From NCBI GenBank assembly GCA_030592225.1, contig JAUVJT010000001.1, positions 1 to 39,115 of the forward strand: DNA of 39,115 nt. Reading direction: 5' to 3'. How positions within the stretch are numbered: the stretch's first letter is position 1; every line of letters begins with the position of its first letter. The position numbers and the translations under genes are program-made. Below the pieces are notes generated by a model that was not told where the DNA came from, did no database searches, and saw only the letters and a program-made list of their open reading frames with translations. Of this stretch, positions 26,971 through 34,916 are shown piece by piece. Origin of the DNA: Candidatus Stahliibacteriota bacterium. Lineage in GTDB: Bacteria > Hydrothermota > Tepidihabitantia > B3-TA06.

Positions 26971-27053
26971 GTCATTGCGAGCAAGTCAAAGACTTGCAAA
27001 GCAATCTTGGCCAGTATGAGATTGCTTCGCGATCACAGATCGCTCGCAATGAC
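26971..27053. repeat. Composite palindromic element (two inverted copies of GTCATTGCGAGC-[private hairpin]-AAGCAATCT)
   Basis: The left arm 26971-27007 and right arm 27019-27053 are reverse complements at both ends. Each arm encloses its own small hairpin (GCAAGTC-AAA-GACTTGC; GCGATC-ACA-GATCGC). The central loop is 11 nt. Confidence 0.8.
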
Positions 27054-27144
27054 AAAAGGTGATTTTTCAGAATAATGCTCAGGAACACCAGGCTTCTAAG
27101 AAGATAGTGATGCTCAAGTAAACAGGAAAAGAAAACCGTTATCA

Positions 27145-27170
27145 GAGGGGGAGAGTTAACTCTCCCCCTC
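27145..27170. repeat. Perfect 26-bp palindrome GAGGGGGAGAGTTAACTCTCCCCCTC
   Basis: Verified base by base: 27145-27157 is the reverse complement of 27158-27170. It sits 4 nt upstream of the -35 of the T9SS cargo gene promoter. Confidence 0.9.
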
Positions 27171-27174
27171 CCCA

Positions 27175-27202
27175 TTGACAACGCTGAAAAAAACCTTATG
27201 CT
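27175..27202 (+). promoter_or_regulatory. sigma70-type promoter of the T9SS cargo gene
   Basis: TTGACA (27175-27180), 16 nt spacer containing an A7 run (27187-27193), TATGCT (27197-27202). RBS AAGGAGG (27215-27221), then GTG at 27227. Confidence 0.5.
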
Positions 27203-27226
27203 AATGGGTATTTAAAGGAGGAAACA

Positions 27227-28477
27227 GTGGAAAAACTAGGCATCTTGATATTCTTGCCGGTGTTTCTGTGGGCGCTTGAAACGGTAAACCTACTCAAGGA
27301 TCACAGTTTCGAGAAAGACAGCGAGGTGTGGGTTACTTCAGCTGGTAGTAAGTGGGCAGGTATAGGAGAGGATTCAGCAATCGTAAATAGACATGATTCC
27401 CAAAGTTCATATGATGGATCGTTTTCCGCTTCCGGAGATACGAGAATAACCCCAGCTTGGGTTGGAATGGGAGGATTCGATTCTGCAATGGTCGTTCAGA
27501 GTTTTGCGAATAAGAAGATAGAGGATTTGGATAGTCTGATTTGGAGTCAGAAAGTGGTGTGGAAAAATGATAGTCGTGCGCTTACAGGATTATTCGTGAT
27601 TGGTCTTTTTCTGGATGCTTCTTCTGAAAATTGGTTCCAGTGGGGATATTCATTTGAAAGCCCTGATTTTGATTTTGGCATCATAGATCGATGGCAGAGG
27701 GTGTCTTCCGATATGCCTGATGATACGTTGTGGAAGGAATACGCTCGTGACCTTCAAAAAGATCTGGCTGCTAGTCACGATTTTCAGATCCCCGTCGATT
27801 CCTTTTTGTTGCTTAATTGGGGATTCTGGGGATCTGCCACTTTCTGGTATGGCCAGAAGGTTTACTGGGATGATATACGCTTGATGGGTTATGCGGATTA
27901 CGACGTAGGGGTGAAGGAAATACTTTCCGGTGACTCGCTGGAGGCTGGCACGCCTTACCAGCCTGTGGCACGTATTAAGAACTTCGGTAGTGAGAACGCG
28001 GACAGCTTTTTGGTCATTGCCGAGATTAAGGACGGAGCATCTCTCATCTACGTAGACACCCTGCCGTGGTCTCTTGACTCCGACACCGAGGATACCGTCA
28101 CCTTCGCCGACTTCGACCCGCCCTTCACCGGGCCGTACAACCTGACTGTTAGAACCTTTGCCGAACCCGACGAGTGCGACGAAGACGACGAACTATCAAA
28201 GGAAATCGGGCACTCGTCTGTATCTGAAGTCACTCTACCCGACGGCCTCTCGCTTGAGGTGCGCTCCATTGCGTCACCCTTACAGGTCTCCTACTCCCTG
28301 CCCTACGGCGAATCCGGCACTCTGACCCTCTATGATGCCACGGGCCGCCGCGTGGAGCGGATGGAGGTCAGTCATTCCGGTAACACGGAGTTTGTCGATT
28401 TAGCATCAGGCACGTACTTCATCAAACTTGAGGCTGACGGTATATCCGTTGTAGAGAAAGCGGTTGTACTGCGGTAA
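27227..28477 (+). CDS. Secreted T9SS cargo protein: CBM4_9-like jelly-roll + CARDB-like domain + T9SS type A C-terminal sorting domain
   Basis: Signal peptide MEKLGILIFLPVFLWA. NLLKDHSFEKDSEVW...VYWDDIRL brackets a CBM4/9-like module. YDVGVKEI..PVARIKNFGSENADSF is CARDB-like. The C-terminal ..TLTLYDATGRRVERMEV..LASGTYFIKLEADGISVVEKAVVLR is a textbook Por/T9SS CTD. Confidence 0.85.
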   Translation: MEKLGILIFLPVFLWALETVNLLKDHSFEKDSEVWVTSAGSKWAGIGEDSAIVNRHDSQSSYDGSFSASGDTRITPAWVGMGGFDSAMVVQSFANKKIEDLDSLIWSQKVVWKNDSRALTGLFVIGLFLDASSENWFQWGYSFESPDFDFGIIDRWQRVSSDMPDDTLWKEYARDLQKDLAASHDFQIPVDSFLLLNWGFWGSATFWYGQKVYWDDIRLMGYADYDVGVKEILSGDSLEAGTPYQPVARIKNFGSENADSFLVIAEIKDGASLIYVDTLPWSLDSDTEDTVTFADFDPPFTGPYNLTVRTFAEPDECDEDDELSKEIGHSSVSEVTLPDGLSLEVRSIASPLQVSYSLPYGESGTLTLYDATGRRVERMEVSHSGNTEFVDLASGTYFIKLEADGISVVEKAVVLR

Positions 28478-28525
28478 TTCCCCCTCCCCCTACCCCCTCC
28501 CACCAGGGGAGGGGATGGTAAATAG

Positions 28526-28645
28526 ATGATCGTCACTTGCCCGGGCAGCGTGGAGTTTGGCTCTGCCCTGGCATCAGGTATCTATTTCGTGAGGTTGGAG
28601 ACTCCCCGTCTCTCGATCACAAGGAAAGCGGTGGTAGTGCGATAG
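28526..28645 (+). pseudogene. Orphan fragment of a T9SS C-terminal sorting domain (39 codons)
   Basis: Translates to MIVTCPGSVEFGSALASGIYFVRLETPRLSITRKAVVVR*, i.e. only the last two strands of a T9SS CTD. An in-frame TAG lies immediately upstream (28523-28525) and no domain body is present. Confidence 0.5.
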
Positions 28646-28650
28646 TGTAG

Positions 28651-28752
28651 AACAGACTCTCCAGTCTGTTTATAATTAGCACAATTATTGAACAGGTTCA
28701 GAACCTGTTCCACACGAAACTGTATTTTGGAGCGCAACAACCATGTTGTTGC
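28651..28752 (+). other. Three consecutive perfect stem-loops; the first may act as a terminator
   Basis: AACAGACT-CTCC-AGTCTGTT (28651-28670, followed by TATAATT). GAACAGGTT-CAG-AACCTGTTC (28690-28710). GCAACAAC-CAT-GTTGTTGC (28734-28752). Confidence 0.6.
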
Positions 28753-28796
28753 AGAAAAGTACCGGTTGCCCGCCCAGAGGACGGCTGCCCTCAACC

Positions 28797-28824
28797 TTGA
28801 CAATACCCGTCCCACTCCTATAAT
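28797..28824 (+). promoter_or_regulatory. Consensus sigma70 promoter of the LolA-like/LVIVD operon
   Basis: TTGACA (28797-28802), 16 nt spacer, TATAAT (28819-28824). A second TATAAT lies at 28829-28834. Confidence 0.6.
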
Positions 28825-28923
28825 TCTCTATAATCGTCGTTTAGTTGGGTTATTACTTTAGCAAACTCCGTACGGGAGGATAGTGCTCCGTACCGAAGAA
28901 CAGTTATCCGTTTAGGAGGATAA

Positions 28924-29691
28924 ATGAGAGTAAGATTACCAAAAGGGGTGTGGGTTGTGGGATTATTTTTTGCAATAGCCGTCCCCGCAATGGCGGCAAG
29001 CGAGTATCCTGACGAATTGGGCTTCCTGGCCGACATCCCCACCCCCAAGTACCTTTCTGCAACCGCAACCCTTGCGTCTTTCGACTCCACAGGCAAAATG
29101 CTGGTTGAGCTGCCGGTTCAGTTTTACTGGGACGGAAAATCTCAAAAATACGCGATGGATATCCGGGGACCTGCCGGTGGGGCGAACATGTTCATGCTCG
29201 GAGTGGCCGATACCGTCTGGATGTATAACTTTATGCACGGCGTAATGCTCACCGCTTTCCGTAATCAAAGCTTCAGTTGGGCAACTAAACTGCCCTTTAC
29301 GGCTGAACATTTTCTGGCGCTGTTCAGCATTTTCCCCGATGGCTTCATCCGTATAGACTCCTTCCACATAGAAGATTCCCTGATCACAATCAAAAGCGAC
29401 AGAACTCTTTACTCTTTCGACCGCGAGAGCAAACAGCTGCAGAGTATACGGATTGGCAATACCGAAATGACATTCCGCGACTTTACAAAAACCAAAAAAA
29501 GGCTCTGGCCCAGGAAAATGATACTCAACCAGCCTCTCTTTACCCAGGGTACGGGAAGCGCCCGGATAAACATAGTTTCATTAAGCTTCAAACGTCAGCG
29601 GAAGGATAATTTGTTCGACGTCGAGCTTCCCCCCAATATGAAACGCGCATTCGATCTGCGCAACGTACCCCAGCCGCCCGACTCCGAATAA
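28924..29691 (+). CDS. Exported protein, possibly LolA/LolB-like (DUF4292-type) fold
   Basis: RBS AGGAGG. Signal peptide MRVRLPKGVWVVGLFFAIAVPAMA|A. The all-beta-looking body (..VELPVQFYWDGKSQKYAMDIRGPAG..SLITIKSDRTLYSFDRESKQLQSIRIGN..) is reminiscent of lipoprotein-carrier folds. The functional call is weak. Confidence 0.5.
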   Translation: MRVRLPKGVWVVGLFFAIAVPAMAASEYPDELGFLADIPTPKYLSATATLASFDSTGKMLVELPVQFYWDGKSQKYAMDIRGPAGGANMFMLGVADTVWMYNFMHGVMLTAFRNQSFSWATKLPFTAEHFLALFSIFPDGFIRIDSFHIEDSLITIKSDRTLYSFDRESKQLQSIRIGNTEMTFRDFTKTKKRLWPRKMILNQPLFTQGTGSARINIVSLSFKRQRKDNLFDVELPPNMKRAFDLRNVPQPPDSE

Positions 29692-29711
29692 CTCAGAGCT
29701 GGAACGTCGCA

Positions 29712-31490
29712 ATGGCTTTCTTATTTCTGCTACTGCTTCAATCAAGCTTTGCACCCTGCTCGTCACTCTTGCTCGGCGGCGACTACCGGGCCGGGGCAGC
29801 CGATGACTCACTGCTCTACGTCGCAGACGGCAGGGGCATAAGCGCATTTGAGCAAAGGGCATTCAAACGCCGCGGCGACATTCTGCTGTCGGGCAAAACC
29901 TCTCATGCCGCCCTGTATGGTTCAAGCATCTTCGTAGGTGGAACCCGGGGACTGGCAAGGTTCGATGTCGGCATCCTGTCGCAGCCCGGGCACGTATATC
30001 AGCAGAACACCGAGGTGGAATGGCTGCACCGGGAGCCTGTCACTGCCCTGGAGGTATCCGGGAACAGGCTGTGGTTTGTAGACGCTTCCGGCCGGGTGTA
30101 CGGCATGAACCTGAGAGAAGGCGAAGACGCCTCTCCTTTAGAATTCGCCAGGCTTCCCGTTCCCGCGGTAAGAATCGTGCAGGCTGAGGCGCTCCTCTAC
30201 CTTGCTGCGGACACCGCAGGGGTTTTCGTGCTGGACCTCGATGCCGGGGAATCGCAGGCCAGGAAGCTGACCGTCGAGGATAATCCTCCGGTTGTGGATA
30301 TCCTGGTAGCAGGCGATAAGCTGTACCTGGCGTGCGCCGAGGAAGGATTATGGGCAACTCAGCCCAAACGCAACTCGCTTAAGGTTATCTCGCGCGTTGA
30401 TGCGGCCGGCGAGGTGATGAGCCTGGAGCTTTTCGGCGACAGAATCGCCGCAGCCTCGGGAAGCAAAGATTTCAGTCTCTTTTCAACAGATAGCCCGGAG
30501 GGCCTCGCCCAAATACAGGTGGAGCGCCTGCCCGGAACCGGGCTTGAACTCATAAAGGCTGGAACGAATTGTTTCGTGCTCACGGAAACAGGCATAGGGC
30601 GCATGGATATCTCCACCGCTCCCCTGGCAGGGCACGGGGTGTTCTTCAGGGGGAACGGTTCTGGCCACGATATCCTGACCCGCGGTGAAATCGCCGTTCT
30701 CGCGGCAGGCAAAGCCGGCGTGCAAATCATAGATTTGCAGGATACCCTTAGCTTGCTCGGCACCTACTCTGATGCAGCAGACTGCTGGAAGGCCTATCTT
30801 TTCGGGTCCCAGGTTTATGCCATGACTAAGGCCAACATAATGCAGGTTTCGGAGATAAAAAATCCCGCCAGGCCCGAGAAACGCACCTTTCTGAAGTTCT
30901 CCTCGGTGACTTCAGGGGTGGATACCGAGGGCGAAATGCTCCTTGCCGCCGAGCATGAGCAAGGCGTGGGGGTGTGGTGGCGCTGTCCTTGCGGCCCGTT
31001 CAAAGAACAGGGACGCTGGAGTCCCGGCGGCGAGGCGCTCGACGTTAAAATCAGAGAACAACTGGCTTTCGTCTCGACCGATATGGCAGCCCTGCACGTG
31101 ATTGACTGGTCGGACAGCGCCAACCCTGAAGAGCTTACCAGTCTGGCGCTGAACCGGGACTATGAGAGATTGTATCTGGACGAGGATCTTCTCTTCGGCC
31201 TGGATTCCTCAGGGGCGTTGGTATTGATTGACGTATCCCGCCCTACACGACCCAGAGAAGTGGCCGTGCTGGAACTCCCGGGCGCTCCCGCAGCGCTCGC
31301 ACGTCACCAGGACCGCTTGTTTATTGCCGCTCGGGACGAAGGGGTGCACGTAGTTGACATTTCCAAGCCCTCCTCGCCCGAATTGGTAGAGACCATCGAC
31401 GTGGAACCGGCCATGGGGGTGGCTATTTCCGGCAACAGACTGCTGGTCTGCACCCCCTATTCGGTAGAAGAGTATAAAATTCAACCTTAA
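29712..31490 (+). CDS. LVIVD-repeat beta-propeller protein (paralogue 1)
   Basis: About 13-14 repeats of roughly 40 aa with the LVIVD signature, e.g. GVFVLDLDAGE, AGVQIIDLQD, ALHVIDWSDSANPEEL, GALVLIDVSRPTRPREV, EGVHVVDISKPSSPELV. The N-terminus is hydrophobic (probable signal peptide, no basic n-region). Confidence 0.8.
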   Translation: MAFLFLLLLQSSFAPCSSLLLGGDYRAGAADDSLLYVADGRGISAFEQRAFKRRGDILLSGKTSHAALYGSSIFVGGTRGLARFDVGILSQPGHVYQQNTEVEWLHREPVTALEVSGNRLWFVDASGRVYGMNLREGEDASPLEFARLPVPAVRIVQAEALLYLAADTAGVFVLDLDAGESQARKLTVEDNPPVVDILVAGDKLYLACAEEGLWATQPKRNSLKVISRVDAAGEVMSLELFGDRIAAASGSKDFSLFSTDSPEGLAQIQVERLPGTGLELIKAGTNCFVLTETGIGRMDISTAPLAGHGVFFRGNGSGHDILTRGEIAVLAAGKAGVQIIDLQDTLSLLGTYSDAADCWKAYLFGSQVYAMTKANIMQVSEIKNPARPEKRTFLKFSSVTSGVDTEGEMLLAAEHEQGVGVWWRCPCGPFKEQGRWSPGGEALDVKIREQLAFVSTDMAALHVIDWSDSANPEELTSLALNRDYERLYLDEDLLFGLDSSGALVLIDVSRPTRPREVAVLELPGAPAALARHQDRLFIAARDEGVHVVDISKPSSPELVETIDVEPAMGVAISGNRLLVCTPYSVEEYKIQP

Positions 31491-31503
31491 AGGAGAGTGA
31501 AGG

Positions 31504-33267
31504 ATGCTTACAGGATTGCTCCTAACCTTGATGGCGGCGGCGCCGGAGGTGATGTTTGGGGATGCGGGGAATTACTTCGTAGCAGGAGATTTCGCAGATA
31601 TCGTGGAGGTTGATGGGACCATCTACGCGGCAAGCGGTTTTGGGTTGACGACAGTTCCCGCAGACCTCAGCTCGCAGGAGCATTTTCCCACGCCATACTA
31701 CTCGCGGAAGATTGCATCGGCTGACAAACGGTTATACCTCGGTGAAGGCACGAGGATTACCGCATTCAAGGTATCTGGCAAAGCCGTACAGATGCTGGCC
31801 TCTTACCCGGTACAAGGCAGAATAACCGCACTGGCAGCCGGCAAGGATTTCGTGGCCGCGGGTACGGATTCGGCAAAAGTGGAGATATTCTCACAAGACT
31901 CCAGGCTGAAACCGATTGCCGTCATCGATATGCCCGAAACTGTGAAGGATATCGTCTTTTACAAGGGATTCCTCTACGCGGCCTGCGGCAGGGAAGGAGT
32001 TGTTATCATAAGACTGGGAGATGCTCCGGCTAAAGTGGGAGAACTTTCCCTATCCGGCGCCCGGGCTTTGGAGGTTGGTGAAAATACTCTGTTTGTGGCC
32101 ATCGCTTCTACGGAGATTTATGGTTTCTCCCTGGCCGACCCCGCCTCACCTCAAGAGAAGATCAAGTTCTCAAGTTCCTCGCCTGCGGTCTCGCTTGCAT
32201 ATTACGACAAGCATCTGTACGCCGCACAGAGATACCAGGGCTACTCCATCTTCAACCTGCGCGGCGAACGAGTTGAACTGGCCGAGCCGTTCCGCCAGGG
32301 CGACGTGGTGGACATTCTGCCCACCGATGAGGGCGTGTTTCTGGCGCTGCGGGAGGCGGGAGTTGTGCGTCTGGAAGATGAAACCCTCGCCGAGCTAACC
32401 CTCACCGCTCGTCTTGAGCAAAACTCCCCGTCAATTCACACCACCCAAAGCGGTTCGTTCTGGGCGGTGGCTCGCGGCGAGGATGGTGCAAGTATCGTAA
32501 GGCTGTTTGAAGGCGAGACCTTTGTGACCCTGGGCCATGCCGAGCCTCCGCCTTCAAATGCGGCAGGCGTTTTTCTCTCCGGAACCTATCTGTACGTGGC
32601 CGACGTCAAACACGGCGCTTCCATATACAACATGAAAACCTTCCCTGTGGCCGAACGCAGCTTTGACCTGCACCAGCCGGGCGAGCCGCAGCGCATCAAC
32701 CTGACCAATGATTTGATACCCCTTGCCGCAGGTGAATGGGGACTAAGGGTACTGTGGATATGCCCTTGCGGCCCGCTCAAACAGCGCTCAGCCCTGGGAG
32801 GCTTCACCGCTGTAGACGTCGCGGCCCGGGATTCAATCATATACGTGGCCGATCCCGACTCAGGCCTGCGAATCATGGAGGTGAGCGAGGAAGGGGTCAA
32901 ACTCACCCAGCTTTCCGTATACCCAGGGGTAATAAGCCCCCGGGCGCTATTGCGTGACGGAGATGTTCTGTACGTGGCGGACAGCATCGGCGCAATCGCG
33001 GCGCTGGACGTATCCGACCCCGCCAACCCCGAACAGCTTTCCTTCACCTTTATAGACACCCGACCTTACGGACTGGATATTGAGAATTCAACCCTGTACG
33101 TGGCCTGCGGCGAGAGCGGAGTGTTAGAGATAGATGTGAGTGATCCCTCGGCGCCGAAGCCCGGCGAGTTCATCGAAACACCGGGCAAGGCCCTTGCGGT
33201 TGCCGCATCGAAGCGCCATCTGGGTGTGGCCGACTACACATCCTGGATACTCCTGCCTCTGGAGTAA
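31504..33267 (+). CDS. LVIVD-repeat beta-propeller protein (paralogue 2)
   Basis: RBS AAGGAGAG. Repeats such as GVVIIRLGD, SGLRIMEVSEEG, GAIAALDVSDPANPEQL, SGVLEIDVSDPSAPKP. Collinear with paralogue 1, including the CPCGP motif. The N-terminus is hydrophobic. Confidence 0.8.
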   Translation: MLTGLLLTLMAAAPEVMFGDAGNYFVAGDFADIVEVDGTIYAASGFGLTTVPADLSSQEHFPTPYYSRKIASADKRLYLGEGTRITAFKVSGKAVQMLASYPVQGRITALAAGKDFVAAGTDSAKVEIFSQDSRLKPIAVIDMPETVKDIVFYKGFLYAACGREGVVIIRLGDAPAKVGELSLSGARALEVGENTLFVAIASTEIYGFSLADPASPQEKIKFSSSSPAVSLAYYDKHLYAAQRYQGYSIFNLRGERVELAEPFRQGDVVDILPTDEGVFLALREAGVVRLEDETLAELTLTARLEQNSPSIHTTQSGSFWAVARGEDGASIVRLFEGETFVTLGHAEPPPSNAAGVFLSGTYLYVADVKHGASIYNMKTFPVAERSFDLHQPGEPQRINLTNDLIPLAAGEWGLRVLWICPCGPLKQRSALGGFTAVDVAARDSIIYVADPDSGLRIMEVSEEGVKLTQLSVYPGVISPRALLRDGDVLYVADSIGAIAALDVSDPANPEQLSFTFIDTRPYGLDIENSTLYVACGESGVLEIDVSDPSAPKPGEFIETPGKALAVAASKRHLGVADYTSWILLPLE

Positions 33268-33370
33268 TCCAGACCTCTCTCTTGCGGATTAACAGTAAGG
33301 GGTTGATATTTCAAGGCTTACAGAACAAGAGTTGCGGATAGTGCCGTAAGACACGGCAATCCAAATCCGC

Positions 33371-33398
33371 TTGACAAGTTAAATCCGTAGAGTATACT
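33371..33398 (+). promoter_or_regulatory. sigma70-type promoter of the radical SAM pair
   Basis: TTGACA (33371-33376), 16 nt spacer, TATACT (33393-33398). The leader to the ATG at 33551 is about 145 nt. Confidence 0.55.
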
Positions 33399-33550
33399 TT
33401 ATAAAACGTGGGGTATCACCTCGCGGGGTCCAGGATGGTCTTGAACGCGGCAATGCCCCCTTCCCCCGAGTCTGCAAATGAGGGTACGAGAGAGCTAACT
33501 ATAAGAGCAGGGTGAAGATACACAGGTAACGAAGGAGAATAACGAATAAG

Positions 33551-34915
33551 ATGGCTGCCAGATTGAATTCGAACCCCAAGATTCTCTTAACCACCGCCTA
33601 CCGGCATTCGGCAAACGACTACTACGATGCCAGTGGAGTGAACTTCGTACGCAAGCCTCACTTTGCATTGCCCCGCACCGTCTCCACGTCCCTGCGGTTC
33701 CTTAAGCAGAACATCCCCGAGATCGAGATAATGGAGTTTCCCCGCTGGCACGAGTACGTAGCAAAGCTCCGCGAAGGCTGGGATGCGGTAGGATTCACCT
33801 TCTTCCACCACGATCTGGCCGAGATACTCCAGATGGTCGAGGAGGCCAGACGTCAGGGCATCCGCGAGATATGGGCCGGCGGCTACGGCGGTCTCTCTCT
33901 GGAGGCTGAGGAGTTTGCCGACCGCATCTTCTACGGCTACGCGGAGAAGCAGTTCAACGAGGAGATCTTCGGACGCAAGCTGGAGCGCGTCCAGCATCCG
34001 CCGGTGGCTATGACGGTTAACGTGAACCTCCCGCCCACCGTACCCTTCAAGAAGGTGGGGTATCTGTTTACCCAACGCGGCTGTCCATACCGCTGCACAT
34101 TTTGTCAGACCCCAATCCACTCGCCGCGCCCGGCCCGGGTCCCGCTCGAGAGCATCGAGGAGGTGCTGCGCTACTACCGCTCGGTCGGAATCAACGAGGT
34201 GTGGATTCTCGATGAGACTTTCTACACCTTCCCCTCCCACTCCGAGGCGGTCATAGATTTGCTTACCCGCTATAACTTCTACTGGTGGGTGCAGTCGCGC
34301 GCGGATTTGACCCTGAAGCATCTTGACGACTGGGCCGATCGCGGGATGGTGGTGGTTGGGTTCGGGTTGGAAAGCGTTAACAACGAAATCCTGGCCAAGA
34401 TCGGGAAGAGAACCAACCTGGAGGTTATGCGGGAATTCAGACGGCGAACCGCCGAACGTATGGTGTACGCGATGGCCTACTACATGATAGGTTACGAGGA
34501 AGATACTGTTTCCTCGGTTCTGCGCGACTACGTTACCCTGCGCAAGATGGGGTTTGATATGCATCAGCTAACCGTACTCACCCCCTTTCCCAAAACCCCA
34601 CAGTGGTTTGACTTCAGGGAACGCTACGGTATCTTCGAGCCCGACTACCACCGCTACGACGCACGTCACCTTGTGTGGAATCATCCCCAAATCACGCCCT
34701 CCCAGATGCAGATGCTTTTGCGCGTCGGTCTGGCAAACCTCAACGTTCCCATGGATAACTATGGCAAGGCGATCATTCGTCTGATTCAACGCCGCCTGTA
34801 CGACAAAGGCATCCCGCGGTTAATCTGGGAGGAGTTGATAAAACCCCCAATTCATGCTCTCGGTTTCCGCGAACGCAAGCAGGTCTTTATCCCCGCAAAT
34901 GGAGCGAGAGGATAA
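33551..34915 (+). CDS. B12-binding-domain-type (class B-like) radical SAM protein, paralogue 1
   Basis: CX3CX2C cluster motif RGCPYRCTFCQ. N-terminal Rossmann-like module (KILLTTAY...PRTVSTSLRFLKQNIPEIEIMEF...WDAVGFTFF) arranged as in cobalamin-binding rSAM enzymes. No C-terminal SPASM Cys cluster and no signal peptide. Confidence 0.9.
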   Translation: MAARLNSNPKILLTTAYRHSANDYYDASGVNFVRKPHFALPRTVSTSLRFLKQNIPEIEIMEFPRWHEYVAKLREGWDAVGFTFFHHDLAEILQMVEEARRQGIREIWAGGYGGLSLEAEEFADRIFYGYAEKQFNEEIFGRKLERVQHPPVAMTVNVNLPPTVPFKKVGYLFTQRGCPYRCTFCQTPIHSPRPARVPLESIEEVLRYYRSVGINEVWILDETFYTFPSHSEAVIDLLTRYNFYWWVQSRADLTLKHLDDWADRGMVVVGFGLESVNNEILAKIGKRTNLEVMREFRRRTAERMVYAMAYYMIGYEEDTVSSVLRDYVTLRKMGFDMHQLTVLTPFPKTPQWFDFRERYGIFEPDYHRYDARHLVWNHPQITPSQMQMLLRVGLANLNVPMDNYGKAIIRLIQRRLYDKGIPRLIWEELIKPPIHALGFRERKQVFIPANGARG

Positions 34916-34916
34916 G

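Noticed and set aside
26972-27181. 69-aa minus-strand ORF in the repeat-rich intergenic region
   Set aside because: It is built from the palindromic repeat elements, has no RBS and has low-complexity content. It is likely a repeat-encoded artefact.
28582-28815. 77-aa minus-strand ORF spanning the three hairpins
   Set aside because: It has no RBS, it overlaps three perfect stem-loops and the promoter region, and it has no motif support.
29494-29500. A7 run inside the LolA-like coding region as a frameshift or phase-variation site
   Set aside because: It encodes a plausible KTKKR basic patch, seven residues is short for slippage, and there is no alternative-frame ORF of note.
33587-34564. 325-aa minus-strand ORF inside the first radical SAM gene, plus similar antisense ORFs such as 7367-7990, 12561-13088 and 18076-18651
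   Set aside because: They are antisense to genes with clear family motifs, have no RBS and show odd composition. These are typical high-GC shadow ORFs.
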